IMG/VR virus record: IMGVR_UViG_3300020161_002908
Coordinates: 1 to 35,143 of that record
Length of the DNA stretch: 35,143 nucleotides
From: a virus
Lineage: Duplodnaviria; Caudoviricetes
Direction: 5' to 3' (one strand)
The position numbers and the translations under genes were made by a program. Below the pieces are notes generated by a model. It ran no database searches and had not been told where the DNA came from. It saw only the letters and a list, made by a program, of their open reading frames with translations. Positions 8,144 to 17,831 of the stretch are shown piece after piece (position 1 is the stretch's first letter; each line of letters starts with the position of its first letter).

Positions 8144-9232
8144 TCATTTAAGTAAATCCTTATGAAGAAATAATGCTCCAGTGCTTACTTTTACATATTC
8201 ATTATCAATTTTCTTAAACTTTTTTTCTATGTTTACAAAATCTACTTTAAGCCATTCAATGTTACCTAATTTATCTACATTAACAAAAAACCCTCCATCA
8301 CCAGGCTTATTTTTAATTTTTGTAGTTAGTAATTTATACATTAAAATGTTAGCTAACATACTTGAATTTTCATCTAATCCCTTCACAATTGGTAATTGTA
8401 GGTAATCAGCAACTTGTTTAATTTTTAACCCTATATTTTTTAAAAAATCATAATTAGCTAAAACTGGATCAGTTACTAAACTTGCAACTTTTAATAAACT
8501 TATGCATGCTTTCTCGAGGTTATTCTTATTAAACGTTAATATGTTACCTACCTTTTCATTATCAACTGTAGGCTCGTTGCTTGATGATTTACCTGATCTT
8601 AAAAGAGTATCTAACCCAAATATGGTATCTAAGCACATATTATTCATTTTTTGATCTTCAGTCTCGTTTTTAGAAAACCTGCCTATTTTTAACCACCCTT
8701 TATCTGGTGATGATTTAACTTCTATACCAATATCTTTACCATCCCCTTTAATTATTAAATCAGCAGCTCCTACCTCTGCAGTTCTATTATCTTGTATCGA
8801 AGGGTTTGTTGGTTTTAAAAACCAATATAAAGCTAATTCACCGTTACCGGACCCTTTAGAACCGCCTTCAATTTCTCCTGCTTTTGGGGGTAATGCTTTG
8901 TATAGCTCTTTCCATAACGGTTGGTAATGTTGCGGTATTGAATTAGTTTTAGTTGTAGTTGGTAGCAAAGGAATTCGCTCAGCTACCCATTCATCAGCTA
9001 ATTCTTTAAGCTTAGGATCACTATTAATAACTTTATTACAAACATCATCATATGATATAGCAGGTCCAGATATAGCAGGACCAGAAGATTTTTTTGGTTT
9101 TATATCCTTAACCGGCATACCTTCTGGTTGTACTTGCTCTACATCAGCTTCTGATATAATACTTAACCAAGGTGCGCGCACCCCAATCTTTTTTACTTTT
9201 TCTAAATATACATTATCTAATGATGTATACAT
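8144..9232 (-). CDS. Hypothetical protein with PD-(D/E)XK nuclease-like motif
   Basis: GNGELAL ... ADLIIKGDGKDIGIEVKS (E..D..ExK arrangement). Confidence 0.5.
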   Translation of the reverse strand: MYTSLDNVYLEKVKKIGVRAPWLSIISEADVEQVQPEGMPVKDIKPKKSSGPAISGPAISYDDVCNKVINSDPKLKELADEWVAERIPLLPTTTKTNSIPQHYQPLWKELYKALPPKAGEIEGGSKGSGNGELALYWFLKPTNPSIQDNRTAEVGAADLIIKGDGKDIGIEVKSSPDKGWLKIGRFSKNETEDQKMNNMCLDTIFGLDTLLRSGKSSSNEPTVDNEKVGNILTFNKNNLEKACISLLKVASLVTDPVLANYDFLKNIGLKIKQVADYLQLPIVKGLDENSSMLANILMYKLLTTKIKNKPGDGGFFVNVDKLGNIEWLKVDFVNIEKKFKKIDNEYVKVSTGALFLHKDLLK

Positions 9233-9237
9233 TTAAG

Positions 9238-9603
9238 TTATTTTAAGGAGGTTACATCATCTGACCCCGGCACCTTCATATCAATATCATCTGTATACGT
9301 ACCCATTAATACTATAATTTGTTGTATAATTTCATTAGCATTTTCTTCAGTAACGTCAGGAATTTGTGTGGCAATTTTCGCTCTATCTTCGTCTGTTAAA
9401 GGTAAAGTTAAAGCTTTTTTAAGTAACTGCCCCATGGTTGCAATACTAGCAGGTACATCTGGTTGCACCGGTGCAGCTGGTTCTTCAACTGGAGCTGCTG
9501 CAGCTGGGTCGACTGGAACTTCTGCGGCGGGAGCTGGTGGCACATCTTGCTCAAGAATTAAATTTTTAATCTTGTAATTACTAATTATATCTAAAAACTT
9601 CAT
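9238..9603 (-). CDS. Hypothetical late protein, Ala/Pro-rich; start revised to ATG 9603
   Basis: ATTAAATA 5 nt upstream of ATG 9603; MKFLDII..LILEQ leader. Confidence 0.78.
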   Translation of the reverse strand: MKFLDIISNYKIKNLILEQDVPPAPAAEVPVDPAAAAPVEEPAAPVQPDVPASIATMGQLLKKALTLPLTDEDRAKIATQIPDVTEENANEIIQQIIVLMGTYTDDIDMKVPGSDDVTSLK

Positions 9604-9607
9604 GTTA

Positions 9608-10126
9608 TTATTTAATTTTTGCGGCAATGCCGTTTATCTTATTTGCTATACCTTTCATTAACTTGCCATATGCTCCGTTCATTTGAGCTTGTGCCCCTAT
9701 AAACGGTAAATTGAGTCTACCCGGTTTTGTTGCTAATTGCTGAGCTACTGATATAGCTTGTATGGTTGAAGCGTCTAAAGCTAATTTATCTTCAGCTGCT
9801 TCTTCTTTTGAATTTTTAACAAAATATTTTTCGATCCATTCATCTAATGGTTCGTTATTAACACTGCCGTCTGGTTCTATCTCAGCATACATTGTAGTGC
9901 TGCTATCTTTTTTAGACATCATAGCTGCTGCCATACTCTTGCCTTCATGTTCTGGGTTACTTGGTGCTGACCAACCGTTAAACGTGTATCCGAGTTGAGC
10001 TAATGCATCTATTGCTCTATTTTGATCTGCCGAAATATTGTCAGGCGCATTATGATAATATCCTTCATTAATACCTGGTAAAACTGCTTTTAACAGTTTA
10101 TTCACGTTCATAGTATACTCGTCCAT
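9608..10126 (-). CDS. Hypothetical late protein
   Basis: AATAAATA (10132-10139) 5 nt upstream of the ATG. Confidence 0.78.
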   Translation of the reverse strand: MDEYTMNVNKLLKAVLPGINEGYYHNAPDNISADQNRAIDALAQLGYTFNGWSAPSNPEHEGKSMAAAMMSKKDSSTTMYAEIEPDGSVNNEPLDEWIEKYFVKNSKEEAAEDKLALDASTIQAISVAQQLATKPGRLNLPFIGAQAQMNGAYGKLMKGIANKINGIAAKIK

Positions 10127-10137
10127 GTTAATATTTA

Positions 10138-10692
10138 TTATACTAGTATAATTTTAGTTTGAAGCTTGTTAAAATAGTTATCAGTTAAAAATGTTAACTG
10201 ATACTTTACAGTAAATTTTTTAATCTTTTCAAACGTATACACTTTAAACTTATTAGCGTTAATCTCTTCAATTAACTGATTTACCTGTAATAAAGTCTTA
10301 CCGTCTTTTTTAGATAACAAAATATTAAGATTATTAACATCTATTGCGCTTACATACATTTTTACTGGTAGCATACTTTGCAGCTGCCGTATAAATTTAG
10401 TTAAAAACACCAAAACATCGTCACAATTATAATACTCAATAATACTGCAGTTACATATATTAGTATTATTAAACACCAATACTGGCTTACTATTATATTC
10501 TTTTGTTAAAACTTTACAGATACTATAAATCAGATTATGATAAAAAATCTTCTTTACATCTGGATTGGTTAAAGGCTTACCCAATAAATTAAACTTATGC
10601 AAATGGTCTAGTATATTTAACTGGTACTCTTCAACAAATAAATTATTAAAATCTATAACTGTTAAATTATGGTAAGGCAAATTAACTATCAT
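10138..10692 (-). CDS. Hypothetical protein, faint resemblance to the N-terminus of T4 RNase H/PIN domains
   Basis: ATGA overlap with the upstream gene; VIDFNNLF .. KPVLVFN pattern. Confidence 0.65.
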   Translation of the reverse strand: MIVNLPYHNLTVIDFNNLFVEEYQLNILDHLHKFNLLGKPLTNPDVKKIFYHNLIYSICKVLTKEYNSKPVLVFNNTNICNCSIIEYYNCDDVLVFLTKFIRQLQSMLPVKMYVSAIDVNNLNILLSKKDGKTLLQVNQLIEEINANKFKVYTFEKIKKFTVKYQLTFLTDNYFNKLQTKIILV

Positions 10693-11123
10693 TTCACATT
10701 ATAGAGTTTTTCCAATAAAGATCTAGGAGCAGTTCCTATCCTACAATTAATAATACCATTGTAAAACCCATCTTTTATTAACACGTCATTGTCAAACTGT
10801 AATTTAGCTTCATAATAGCTAAGTTCAAATTTACTGTCGCATAATTTAATTATTTCAAACTTAAATTTATCCATACCTAAGGCTTGTATATCAATATTAA
10901 GATCATTTGATGATGATGTATATGTTTTCCAGTCAGTTTCAATATCAAAGTGTCTTTTATTTTTTTTACCTTTTAATGGCTTAAGTTTTTTAACCGATTT
11001 TATTTGTTTTTTACCAATATATTTTTTATTATTGGTTAAATTAGTTATAACATATATAAATCCATAAGGTAAGTCATTTAAATTTATACTACAAGTAGTG
11101 CACCAATGACCCAGAGAGTTCAT
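10689..11123 (-). CDS. GIY-YIG family nuclease, catalytic domain only
   Basis: GFIYVITNLTNNKKYIGKK, conserved E (YYEAK) and C-terminal YN. Confidence 0.8.
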   Translation of the reverse strand: MNSLGHWCTTCSINLNDLPYGFIYVITNLTNNKKYIGKKQIKSVKKLKPLKGKKNKRHFDIETDWKTYTSSSNDLNIDIQALGMDKFKFEIIKLCDSKFELSYYEAKLQFDNDVLIKDGFYNGIINCRIGTAPRSLLEKLYNVK

Positions 11124-11374
11124 TTTTTCTTTTTACGTTTTTTCTTTTTAATACCGTTTCTGGTTAATGTTCCACCAAATATAGACACCGGTATTCTAGC
11201 ATCTCCTGTAGCGTATGTATCAGTACCAGGTGTACCCGAAGCATATCCAGGCGCACCTATAGAAGCAGCATCACCTAATGCTCCGCCGTTACCTGCAGTA
11301 TTAGGATTTGAAGGAATATAACCTGCGCCGTCCTCTTTTAATACCTTTCTGAAGATGTCACTATAAACACTCAT
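11120..11374 (-). CDS. Small Gly-rich late protein with polybasic C-terminus
   Basis: Two overlapping TATAAATA upstream (11386-11393, 11392-11399); ends KKKKRKKKK. Confidence 0.75.
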   Translation of the reverse strand: MSVYSDIFRKVLKEDGAGYIPSNPNTAGNGGALGDAASIGAPGYASGTPGTDTYATGDARIPVSIFGGTLTRNGIKKKKRKKKK

Positions 11375-11401
11375 TGATTTTTATATATTTATATTTATAA
11401 T
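11374..11401. promoter_or_regulatory. Interlocked promoters: uvsY sigma70-like (+) and late TATAAATA (-)
   Basis: TTGATT 11374-11379, N16, TATAAT 11396-11401, ATG 11407; TATTTATA twice within the same segment. Confidence 0.65.
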
Positions 11402-11406
11402 AAATA

Positions 11407-11802
11407 ATGGATTTACTAGATAGGTACATACAAGACATAACAGAAGACCTTAAGATAGACGAATTTAATATAAAAGAAGCATCGTTAAAATCTCCAGGAC
11501 GTAAACATTTTTGGGTTAGCAAATTAATTAATCATAAAAGAAATTTAATGAAATTAGAAATAGAAAAGTCAAATATGATTAAAAAAATAGCAAAAGAACT
11601 ACAACATCAGTCTGTAGTAAGGCTTTCAACTATAGTTCTTGAAAAATCATCTGAAGATACTGATTTGATAAAAGAATTAATACTTAAAATTTCGGAAGAA
11701 AAAATAATTATAGAATTTTTAGAAAAAACAGAAAAAACATTTTCATCTCTCACATATGACATAAAAAATATTGTATCTATTATGCAAATGGAACAAATGT
11801 AA
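11407..11802 (+). CDS. uvsY: Recombination mediator UvsY-like
   Basis: 131-aa helical protein, DLKIDE start, YDIKNIV end, immediately upstream of uvsW. Confidence 0.8.
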   Translation: MDLLDRYIQDITEDLKIDEFNIKEASLKSPGRKHFWVSKLINHKRNLMKLEIEKSNMIKKIAKELQHQSVVRLSTIVLEKSSEDTDLIKELILKISEEKIIIEFLEKTEKTFSSLTYDIKNIVSIMQMEQM

Positions 11803-11804
11803 TT

Positions 11805-13235
11805 ATGATTAAATTTGAATATTTACCTAATCGTAGGATATGTAGAATTATAGGCGATAAATTTGATGAAATAAGAGAGCATTTTAGCGTTAAAAACCCA
11901 AATGCGTTTTTCTTAAAGAGATTTGGTAATAAATTTGCAAGTAACAGAATATACTGTATAACCCCTACTGGATTGTTTGATACTGGAATGTTTTATGAAC
12001 TTCTAAGATATATTAAGTCTAGTTATCCGGGGGAAGAAATAGTTTATGATGATAAAATAAAAATTGCAATAAAACCGTCATTACCTAATGATGCTACACC
12101 TTACGATTCATTAACTCTTAAATTACGAGATTATCAACTAGAAACCGTAACCCAGGCTTTACAGTTCGGTAGAGGAATTATAAAAGTTGGAACTGGTGGA
12201 GGTAAAACTTTAACTATTGCATCTTTAATATCCACATACCATATATTAAACGATAAGATGAAAATACTGTTAATTGTACCTGATTTAACATTGGTAGATC
12301 AAACGTTTAAAGATTTTAATAATTATAACGTACCATTTAAAATTACTAGATGGACAGGTAGTATTGAGCCAGATTTAACTAGTAACGTTTTTATTGCTAA
12401 TATAGGAATACTACAAAGTAGATTTGAGGATTTTCCATGGTTAGTTGATGTTGATATGTTAATTGTAGATGAATGCCACAAGCTTCGCAAGGCTAATAAA
12501 GTTAATAAACTTATAACTAATATTAAGACAAACCATAAATTTGGGTTAACTGGAACGTTGCCTGATTTTAAACCAGATGAATGGAACATTATAGGTAAGC
12601 TCGGGTCAGTTTTTTATGAAAAAAGTAGTTACGATCTTAGAATAGAAAATTATCTAACTAATGCAGAAATAAAAATTATTAATATAGAATATAAAGATAA
12701 AGTTAATTATGTTCAAGGAACAAATAAATTTAAATCTGAGTTAGACTTTACATACGCAAGCAGCTTCAGAAACAAGATAATATCTGCTTTATGTAAAATG
12801 AATAATTACAATACACTAATATTAGTTAATCATATCGCGCATGGGTTAGAGCTATATAACCAACTTACATTATTATTACCTGGTAAAAAAATATATTTTA
12901 TACGCGGTGAAGTAGATGTTGAAGATAGAGCTAAAGTTATATCTGAAATGGAAGCCAATGATAATATTGTATGTATAGCAATAAGTGCAATATTTTCAAC
13001 AGGAGTTAATATTAAAAACTTACATAATATTGTGTTCGGGTCTGGAGGTAAGAGTTTTATCAGAATAATACAATCGATAGGTAGAGGATTACGCTTAAAC
13101 GTTAATAAACAAAAATTAACAATTTATGATATAACGGATAAATTAAAGTATAGTTTATCTCACTCCCAAAAACGTAAAGAAATATACACTCTAGAAAAGA
13201 TAAATTTTACTGAAAATAATATAGTTGAAAAATAA
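11805..13235 (+). CDS. uvsW: SF2 DNA helicase UvsW
   Basis: LRDYQ, GTGGGKT, DECH, GLTGT, STGVNIKNLHN and QSIGRGLR. Confidence 0.93.
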   Translation: MIKFEYLPNRRICRIIGDKFDEIREHFSVKNPNAFFLKRFGNKFASNRIYCITPTGLFDTGMFYELLRYIKSSYPGEEIVYDDKIKIAIKPSLPNDATPYDSLTLKLRDYQLETVTQALQFGRGIIKVGTGGGKTLTIASLISTYHILNDKMKILLIVPDLTLVDQTFKDFNNYNVPFKITRWTGSIEPDLTSNVFIANIGILQSRFEDFPWLVDVDMLIVDECHKLRKANKVNKLITNIKTNHKFGLTGTLPDFKPDEWNIIGKLGSVFYEKSSYDLRIENYLTNAEIKIINIEYKDKVNYVQGTNKFKSELDFTYASSFRNKIISALCKMNNYNTLILVNHIAHGLELYNQLTLLLPGKKIYFIRGEVDVEDRAKVISEMEANDNIVCIAISAIFSTGVNIKNLHNIVFGSGGKSFIRIIQSIGRGLRLNVNKQKLTIYDITDKLKYSLSHSQKRKEIYTLEKINFTENNIVEK

Positions 13236-13252
13236 GGGTAGGTAATTATAAT
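13225..13252 (+). promoter_or_regulatory. sigma70-like promoter of gp55
   Basis: TTGAAA-N16-TATAAT-N9-ATG. Confidence 0.65.
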
Positions 13253-13261
13253 CAATTACAT

Positions 13262-13729
13262 ATGGCTAAAAGAGGTCCGAAACCTAAAAAAACTGAAAAT
13301 TACGTCGACCCTGAACTTTTTAAACTTCTATTAAAAGAATATTATATATCTGGTAAAGGGGAAGATACGTTAGCTTTATATATTACAAAAATTGCTAATG
13401 GATTGAGTTGTTCATCTAACTTTATTAATTACACATATAAAGATGAAATGATTGGTGATGCATTAGTAAAAATGTACACAGCAGTAAAAAATCGTAAGTT
13501 TAACGTTGATTCAGAATATAATCCATTCTCATATTTTACTACAATTGCTTTCCATGCATTTATTAATAGAATTAAAAAGGAAAAAAAGCACAATGAAGCG
13601 TTAAATGAATATAGGAGTAGATTTTATGAGCAAGATTTAAATGCTCAAACAGACATTAACATATATGTAAAACCAGACGGTCATGGAGATGACGAAGCTT
13701 CAGATGATAGCGGGTCAAGTAATGAATAA
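13262..13729 (+). CDS. gp55: Late-transcription sigma factor
   Basis: NYVD, IANGLS..NFINYTYKDEMIGDA, NPFSYFTTIAFHAFINRIKKEKK. Confidence 0.93.
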   Translation: MAKRGPKPKKTENYVDPELFKLLLKEYYISGKGEDTLALYITKIANGLSCSSNFINYTYKDEMIGDALVKMYTAVKNRKFNVDSEYNPFSYFTTIAFHAFINRIKKEKKHNEALNEYRSRFYEQDLNAQTDINIYVKPDGHGDDEASDDSGSSNE

Positions 13730-14762
13730 TAAAGTAGCTATATTTTCAGATCTACATTTAGGAGTACACCAAAATTCAAGTTTTTGGTTAGATATTTCTA
13801 TAAGTTGGGTTAAATGGTTTAAAGATGATATAGTTTCGAAAGGTATTAAGGATGTTATTTTTTGTGGTGATTTTTTCCATTATCGTGACGAAGTTAGCTT
13901 AATATCATTAGATGCTGGTAATAAAATATTGGATATATTAAAAGATTTAAATGTATATATGATAACAGGTAATCATGACTGTTATTATAAGGAAACATCT
14001 GAAATTAATAGTTTATCGGTATTTAAAGGTAGGAACAATATTAAAGTGTTTGATAGTATTACCTCATTAAATATACACGGAAAACAAATGTTATTTTGTC
14101 CTTGGGGTGCAAAAATTGCAACATTGCCGGTATCAGATATTATATTTGGCCATTTTGAATTACAAAACTTTAAAATGAACGCATTTAAAATATGCGGTGA
14201 TGGTGATGACCCAGGCGTGTTATCAACTAAAGCTCCTTTAATATTTTCAGGACATTTTCATTTAAGAGATGAAAAAATATATAATAATAGCACTATAGTA
14301 TATGTCGGTAACCCATTTGAAATGGATTTTGGTGATTCAGAACAAATAAAAGGATACCATATATTAGATATATCAGCTAGCAAATATACTTTTATAGAAA
14401 GTAATTTTACCCCTAAACATATTAAATTATTGTTATCAAATTTAATAACAACTAAAGATGCTGATGAGTTATTTCGTAAAATTATATGTAATAATATAAT
14501 TAAACTAGTTATTGATAAAAATATAAGCACCGAGCATTTAGATATTTTAGTTGCAAAAATTACCGGGTTTAAACCTTCTGATATTAGAATTGATTATGAT
14601 GTAAATTATAATAAAATTAAAATTGATGCTAATGAAAGTTTAGATTTATCGGGAGTTATTATAGAACAAGCAATTGAAGAATTTATTAATTTATTAGATA
14701 TTACTAATAAAAAGGAAGTAATTGATTATACTGTAGGGTTATACAACAGATCAAAACTATGA
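13722..14762 (+). CDS. gp47: Recombination endonuclease subunit (Mre11/SbcD-like); start revised to ATG 13722
   Basis: SDLHLG, GDFF, GNHD, GHFE and SGHFH metallophosphoesterase motifs. Confidence 0.92.
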   Translation: MNNKVAIFSDLHLGVHQNSSFWLDISISWVKWFKDDIVSKGIKDVIFCGDFFHYRDEVSLISLDAGNKILDILKDLNVYMITGNHDCYYKETSEINSLSVFKGRNNIKVFDSITSLNIHGKQMLFCPWGAKIATLPVSDIIFGHFELQNFKMNAFKICGDGDDPGVLSTKAPLIFSGHFHLRDEKIYNNSTIVYVGNPFEMDFGDSEQIKGYHILDISASKYTFIESNFTPKHIKLLLSNLITTKDADELFRKIICNNIIKLVIDKNISTEHLDILVAKITGFKPSDIRIDYDVNYNKIKIDANESLDLSGVIIEQAIEEFINLLDITNKKEVIDYTVGLYNRSKL

Positions 14763-16561
14763 AAAACGTAACATTTAATACATTAAAAATTAAAAACTTT
14801 TTGTCAATAGGCGAAGACGAAGTAAAGGTAGAATTTACTAAAGGAGTACATATTATTACCGGCATTAATCGCGACAAAGAAGATAGGAGAAATGGAGTTG
14901 GTAAGTCTACAATAGCTGATGCTTTATATTTTGCTATCTTCGGTACTACTATTAGAGAAATAAAAAAAGACTTCATAGTTAATAACTTAACTGATGGTAT
15001 ATGCGAAGTGCAGTTATCGTTTAACGTAAATTCTACAAAAGGTAATGATGATTTTGTTATAGTAAGAACTTTAAACCCGTCAAAATTGCATATATACAAA
15101 AACGGTAATGATAAAACCCGAGACAGCATCATAAACACTAACGAGTATATAGAAGCAGTGTTATCATCATCATCAGAAGTTTTTCAGAATTGCGTTATAA
15201 TGACTCTTAATAACGCTACACCGTTCATGGGGAAAGGTAAAATTGAAAAACGTAAATTTATTGAGCAAGTATTTAACTTGCAAATATTCTCTCAAATGTT
15301 AACAAAACTAAGAGAAGAATATAATGATGTTAAACGTAATTATGATATTGAAATGGTGAAATATAATGAAATTAATAACACTATTTTTACTCATGAGAAA
15401 CAAAAAGAAATTAGAGTAAAGGAAAGAGAGCTTAAGATCAACCATTTTAATGATAAAATTAAAGCTAACGATAATGAAATTAGTAAAGTTAATATCGACA
15501 TATCACATAGTGAAAAGATAGATTTAACTATTAAAACTAATGAATTAATAACTTTAAACAAAGGGTATGATGCTGTTGATGAAAAGATTAAGAAGTTAAT
15601 TGGCGAGAATGCTGAATTAAATGGTCAAATAAAGCATAAACAATTACAATTAAATAATATAGGAACGTCTGCAGATGTATGCCCTACATGCTTAAGACCT
15701 ATTGAGGAGTTAGATAGGTCTCATTTTGAATCAGCTAAAAATAACTTACGAATAGATATTGATGAAAGTATTAATACATCAGTTAATTACAAAAATGAAA
15801 TTGAATCGTTTAAAAATAAAAACTTTAAAATTAAAAGTCATATAACTAAAATAAACGATGAGTTAAATCGATTAAAAATAAAAATTGAAAATGTTAAGAG
15901 TATGGTAAAAAGAGTTCAAGATTTACAAGAACTAAATAAACAAATTAATGATAATATTTTACATTTAAATGAACATAGTGATTCATTTAATAGTGTTTTA
16001 AATGAATCCAAGAGTAGATTAGAAGATGTAAAAGCGGAAATAGAAGTTGTTAAAAAGACAATTAACTTGTTGGATGTTGTTAAATTTGTAGTTAGCGAAG
16101 AAGGAGTAAAAAGTTTTATTGTTAAAAAGATTTTACATAACTTTAACAGCAAATTAGCATACTATCTTAAGAAATTAGATAGTAATAGTATATGCGTTTT
16201 TAATGAATATTTTGAAGAAGAAATTGTAAATGAAAAGGGAAAGGTTTGTTCCTATAATAATTTTTCAGGAGCTGAACGAAAAGCTATAGACTTAGCTTGT
16301 TTGTTCTCATTTATGGATATGAGAAAATCTCAAGGAGATGTTCATTATAATATCAGTATATACGATGAATTATTTGATAGTAGTTTGGATGAAAAAGGGG
16401 TGGAAATAGTTTTGGATATACTAAAGGAACGTAGTGAAAAATTTAATGAAGGAATATTTATTATAAGCCATAGAAAGGAAAGCACTAAATTAGCAACTGG
16501 AAATATTATATTTTTAGAAAAACATAACGGGATAACCCGTCGTATAAACTTTGTTGATTAA
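14759..16561 (+). CDS. gp46: Recombination ATPase subunit (Rad50/SbcC-like)
   Basis: KNFLSIG, NGVGKST, coiled coil with CPTC hook, FSGAE, DELFDSSLD and ISH. Confidence 0.95.
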   Translation: MKNVTFNTLKIKNFLSIGEDEVKVEFTKGVHIITGINRDKEDRRNGVGKSTIADALYFAIFGTTIREIKKDFIVNNLTDGICEVQLSFNVNSTKGNDDFVIVRTLNPSKLHIYKNGNDKTRDSIINTNEYIEAVLSSSSEVFQNCVIMTLNNATPFMGKGKIEKRKFIEQVFNLQIFSQMLTKLREEYNDVKRNYDIEMVKYNEINNTIFTHEKQKEIRVKERELKINHFNDKIKANDNEISKVNIDISHSEKIDLTIKTNELITLNKGYDAVDEKIKKLIGENAELNGQIKHKQLQLNNIGTSADVCPTCLRPIEELDRSHFESAKNNLRIDIDESINTSVNYKNEIESFKNKNFKIKSHITKINDELNRLKIKIENVKSMVKRVQDLQELNKQINDNILHLNEHSDSFNSVLNESKSRLEDVKAEIEVVKKTINLLDVVKFVVSEEGVKSFIVKKILHNFNSKLAYYLKKLDSNSICVFNEYFEEEIVNEKGKVCSYNNFSGAERKAIDLACLFSFMDMRKSQGDVHYNISIYDELFDSSLDEKGVEIVLDILKERSEKFNEGIFIISHRKESTKLATGNIIFLEKHNGITRRINFVD

Positions 16562-16586
16562 TCTGAAATATAATATAAATTCATAT

Positions 16587-17831
16587 ATGTTTGCAAATAA
16601 CACACCGTTCGGCCCTAATAATAATATACCCTTTCAAGTTAAGGCTTTAACTCAACCTTTTACACCGAAAACAGCTCAAACGACTGCCACGCCATCAACA
16701 CGTGAAGCAGAAAGACCTAAAGAGTTAGACTTGCCTAGGTTTTTAAGTTATTATGCAGATTATAGTGGCTGTGGACACTGGAGAATGATATGGCCGGAAC
16801 AAGTAATGAACGCCCATATGAAAGCAGTCTGCCATGGCACGACTGTTATGAATTTAGACCCTAGATATTATGTTATGGCAAAAGGGGTTAGAGTGCAAAG
16901 ACAAGCAACAAAACAGCAGCTTGAGTTTGTTAAGCTTTTAACAGAAGTTAAAAAGCAAAACGGCATGAAAATAATGTATGAAATTGACGATATCTGCTTT
17001 AAGGAAGATATCCCAGAGTATAATAAGTACAAACCTGCATTTGAAAACCCTGAAATAAGAGAATCAGCTCAAGCTATCATGTCTTTATGTGATGAAATTA
17101 CAGTTACGTGTGACTTCATGAAGGATTACTATATGGATAAGACAGGTAATAAAAATATTACAGTTATTCCTAATTTTATGCCTAAGTTTTGGTTAGGTAA
17201 CCATTATGATCTGACTAAGAACATGAATAATTTAGACAAGTATAAGAAAAAGCCCCGTATTTTATACGCAGGGTCGGGTGCGCACTTCGATGTTGATAAT
17301 AGAGTTAATCACAATGATGATTTCCAGCATGTCAATAATATTATCCGGGCTACGGTAGATAAGTTCCAGTGGGTGTTCCTTGGCGCTTTTCCATTACCTC
17401 TTATGGATTTAGTTAAATCTGGAAAAATTGAATTTCATCAATGGAAAAGGTTGTTTGAGTATGGTGAATGTATATCTGGTCTTAATATTAATATGATGGT
17501 AGCACCTTTACAAAATAATAATTTCAATAAAGCTAAGAGTGATTTAAAATATATCGAGTCAAGCGCGTTTGGCTTACCAATTGCATGCCAAGACCTATGC
17601 ACTTACGCAAATGCGCCTATTAAATTTAACACTGGCAGTGAAATGGTTGATCAAATAGTAGCTACATTAAAAGATAGCGATAAATATAAGAGTATTTGCA
17701 AAAAAGCCAGACAATATGCTGATACTCGTTGGTTAGAAACAGATAGTAACATTGATTGTTATATGGAGTTATATACTACACCATTTGGCGACAAGTCTAG
17801 AAAGAATCTGTCAAGGTATAACAAATATTAA
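16587..17831 (+). CDS. GT-B fold glycosyltransferase-like protein; start revised to ATG 16587
   Basis: DYSGCGHWRM, EIDD, VIPNF and APLQNNNFNKAKSDLKYIE motifs typical of phage GT4-like enzymes. Confidence 0.75.
   Translation: MFANNTPFGPNNNIPFQVKALTQPFTPKTAQTTATPSTREAERPKELDLPRFLSYYADYSGCGHWRMIWPEQVMNAHMKAVCHGTTVMNLDPRYYVMAKGVRVQRQATKQQLEFVKLLTEVKKQNGMKIMYEIDDICFKEDIPEYNKYKPAFENPEIRESAQAIMSLCDEITVTCDFMKDYYMDKTGNKNITVIPNFMPKFWLGNHYDLTKNMNNLDKYKKKPRILYAGSGAHFDVDNRVNHNDDFQHVNNIIRATVDKFQWVFLGAFPLPLMDLVKSGKIEFHQWKRLFEYGECISGLNINMMVAPLQNNNFNKAKSDLKYIESSAFGLPIACQDLCTYANAPIKFNTGSEMVDQIVATLKDSDKYKSICKKARQYADTRWLETDSNIDCYMELYTTPFGDKSRKNLSRYNKY

Noticed and set aside
10689-11123. Mobile homing endonuclease
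   Set aside because: It lacks a C-terminal DNA-binding region and is translationally coupled to both neighbours.
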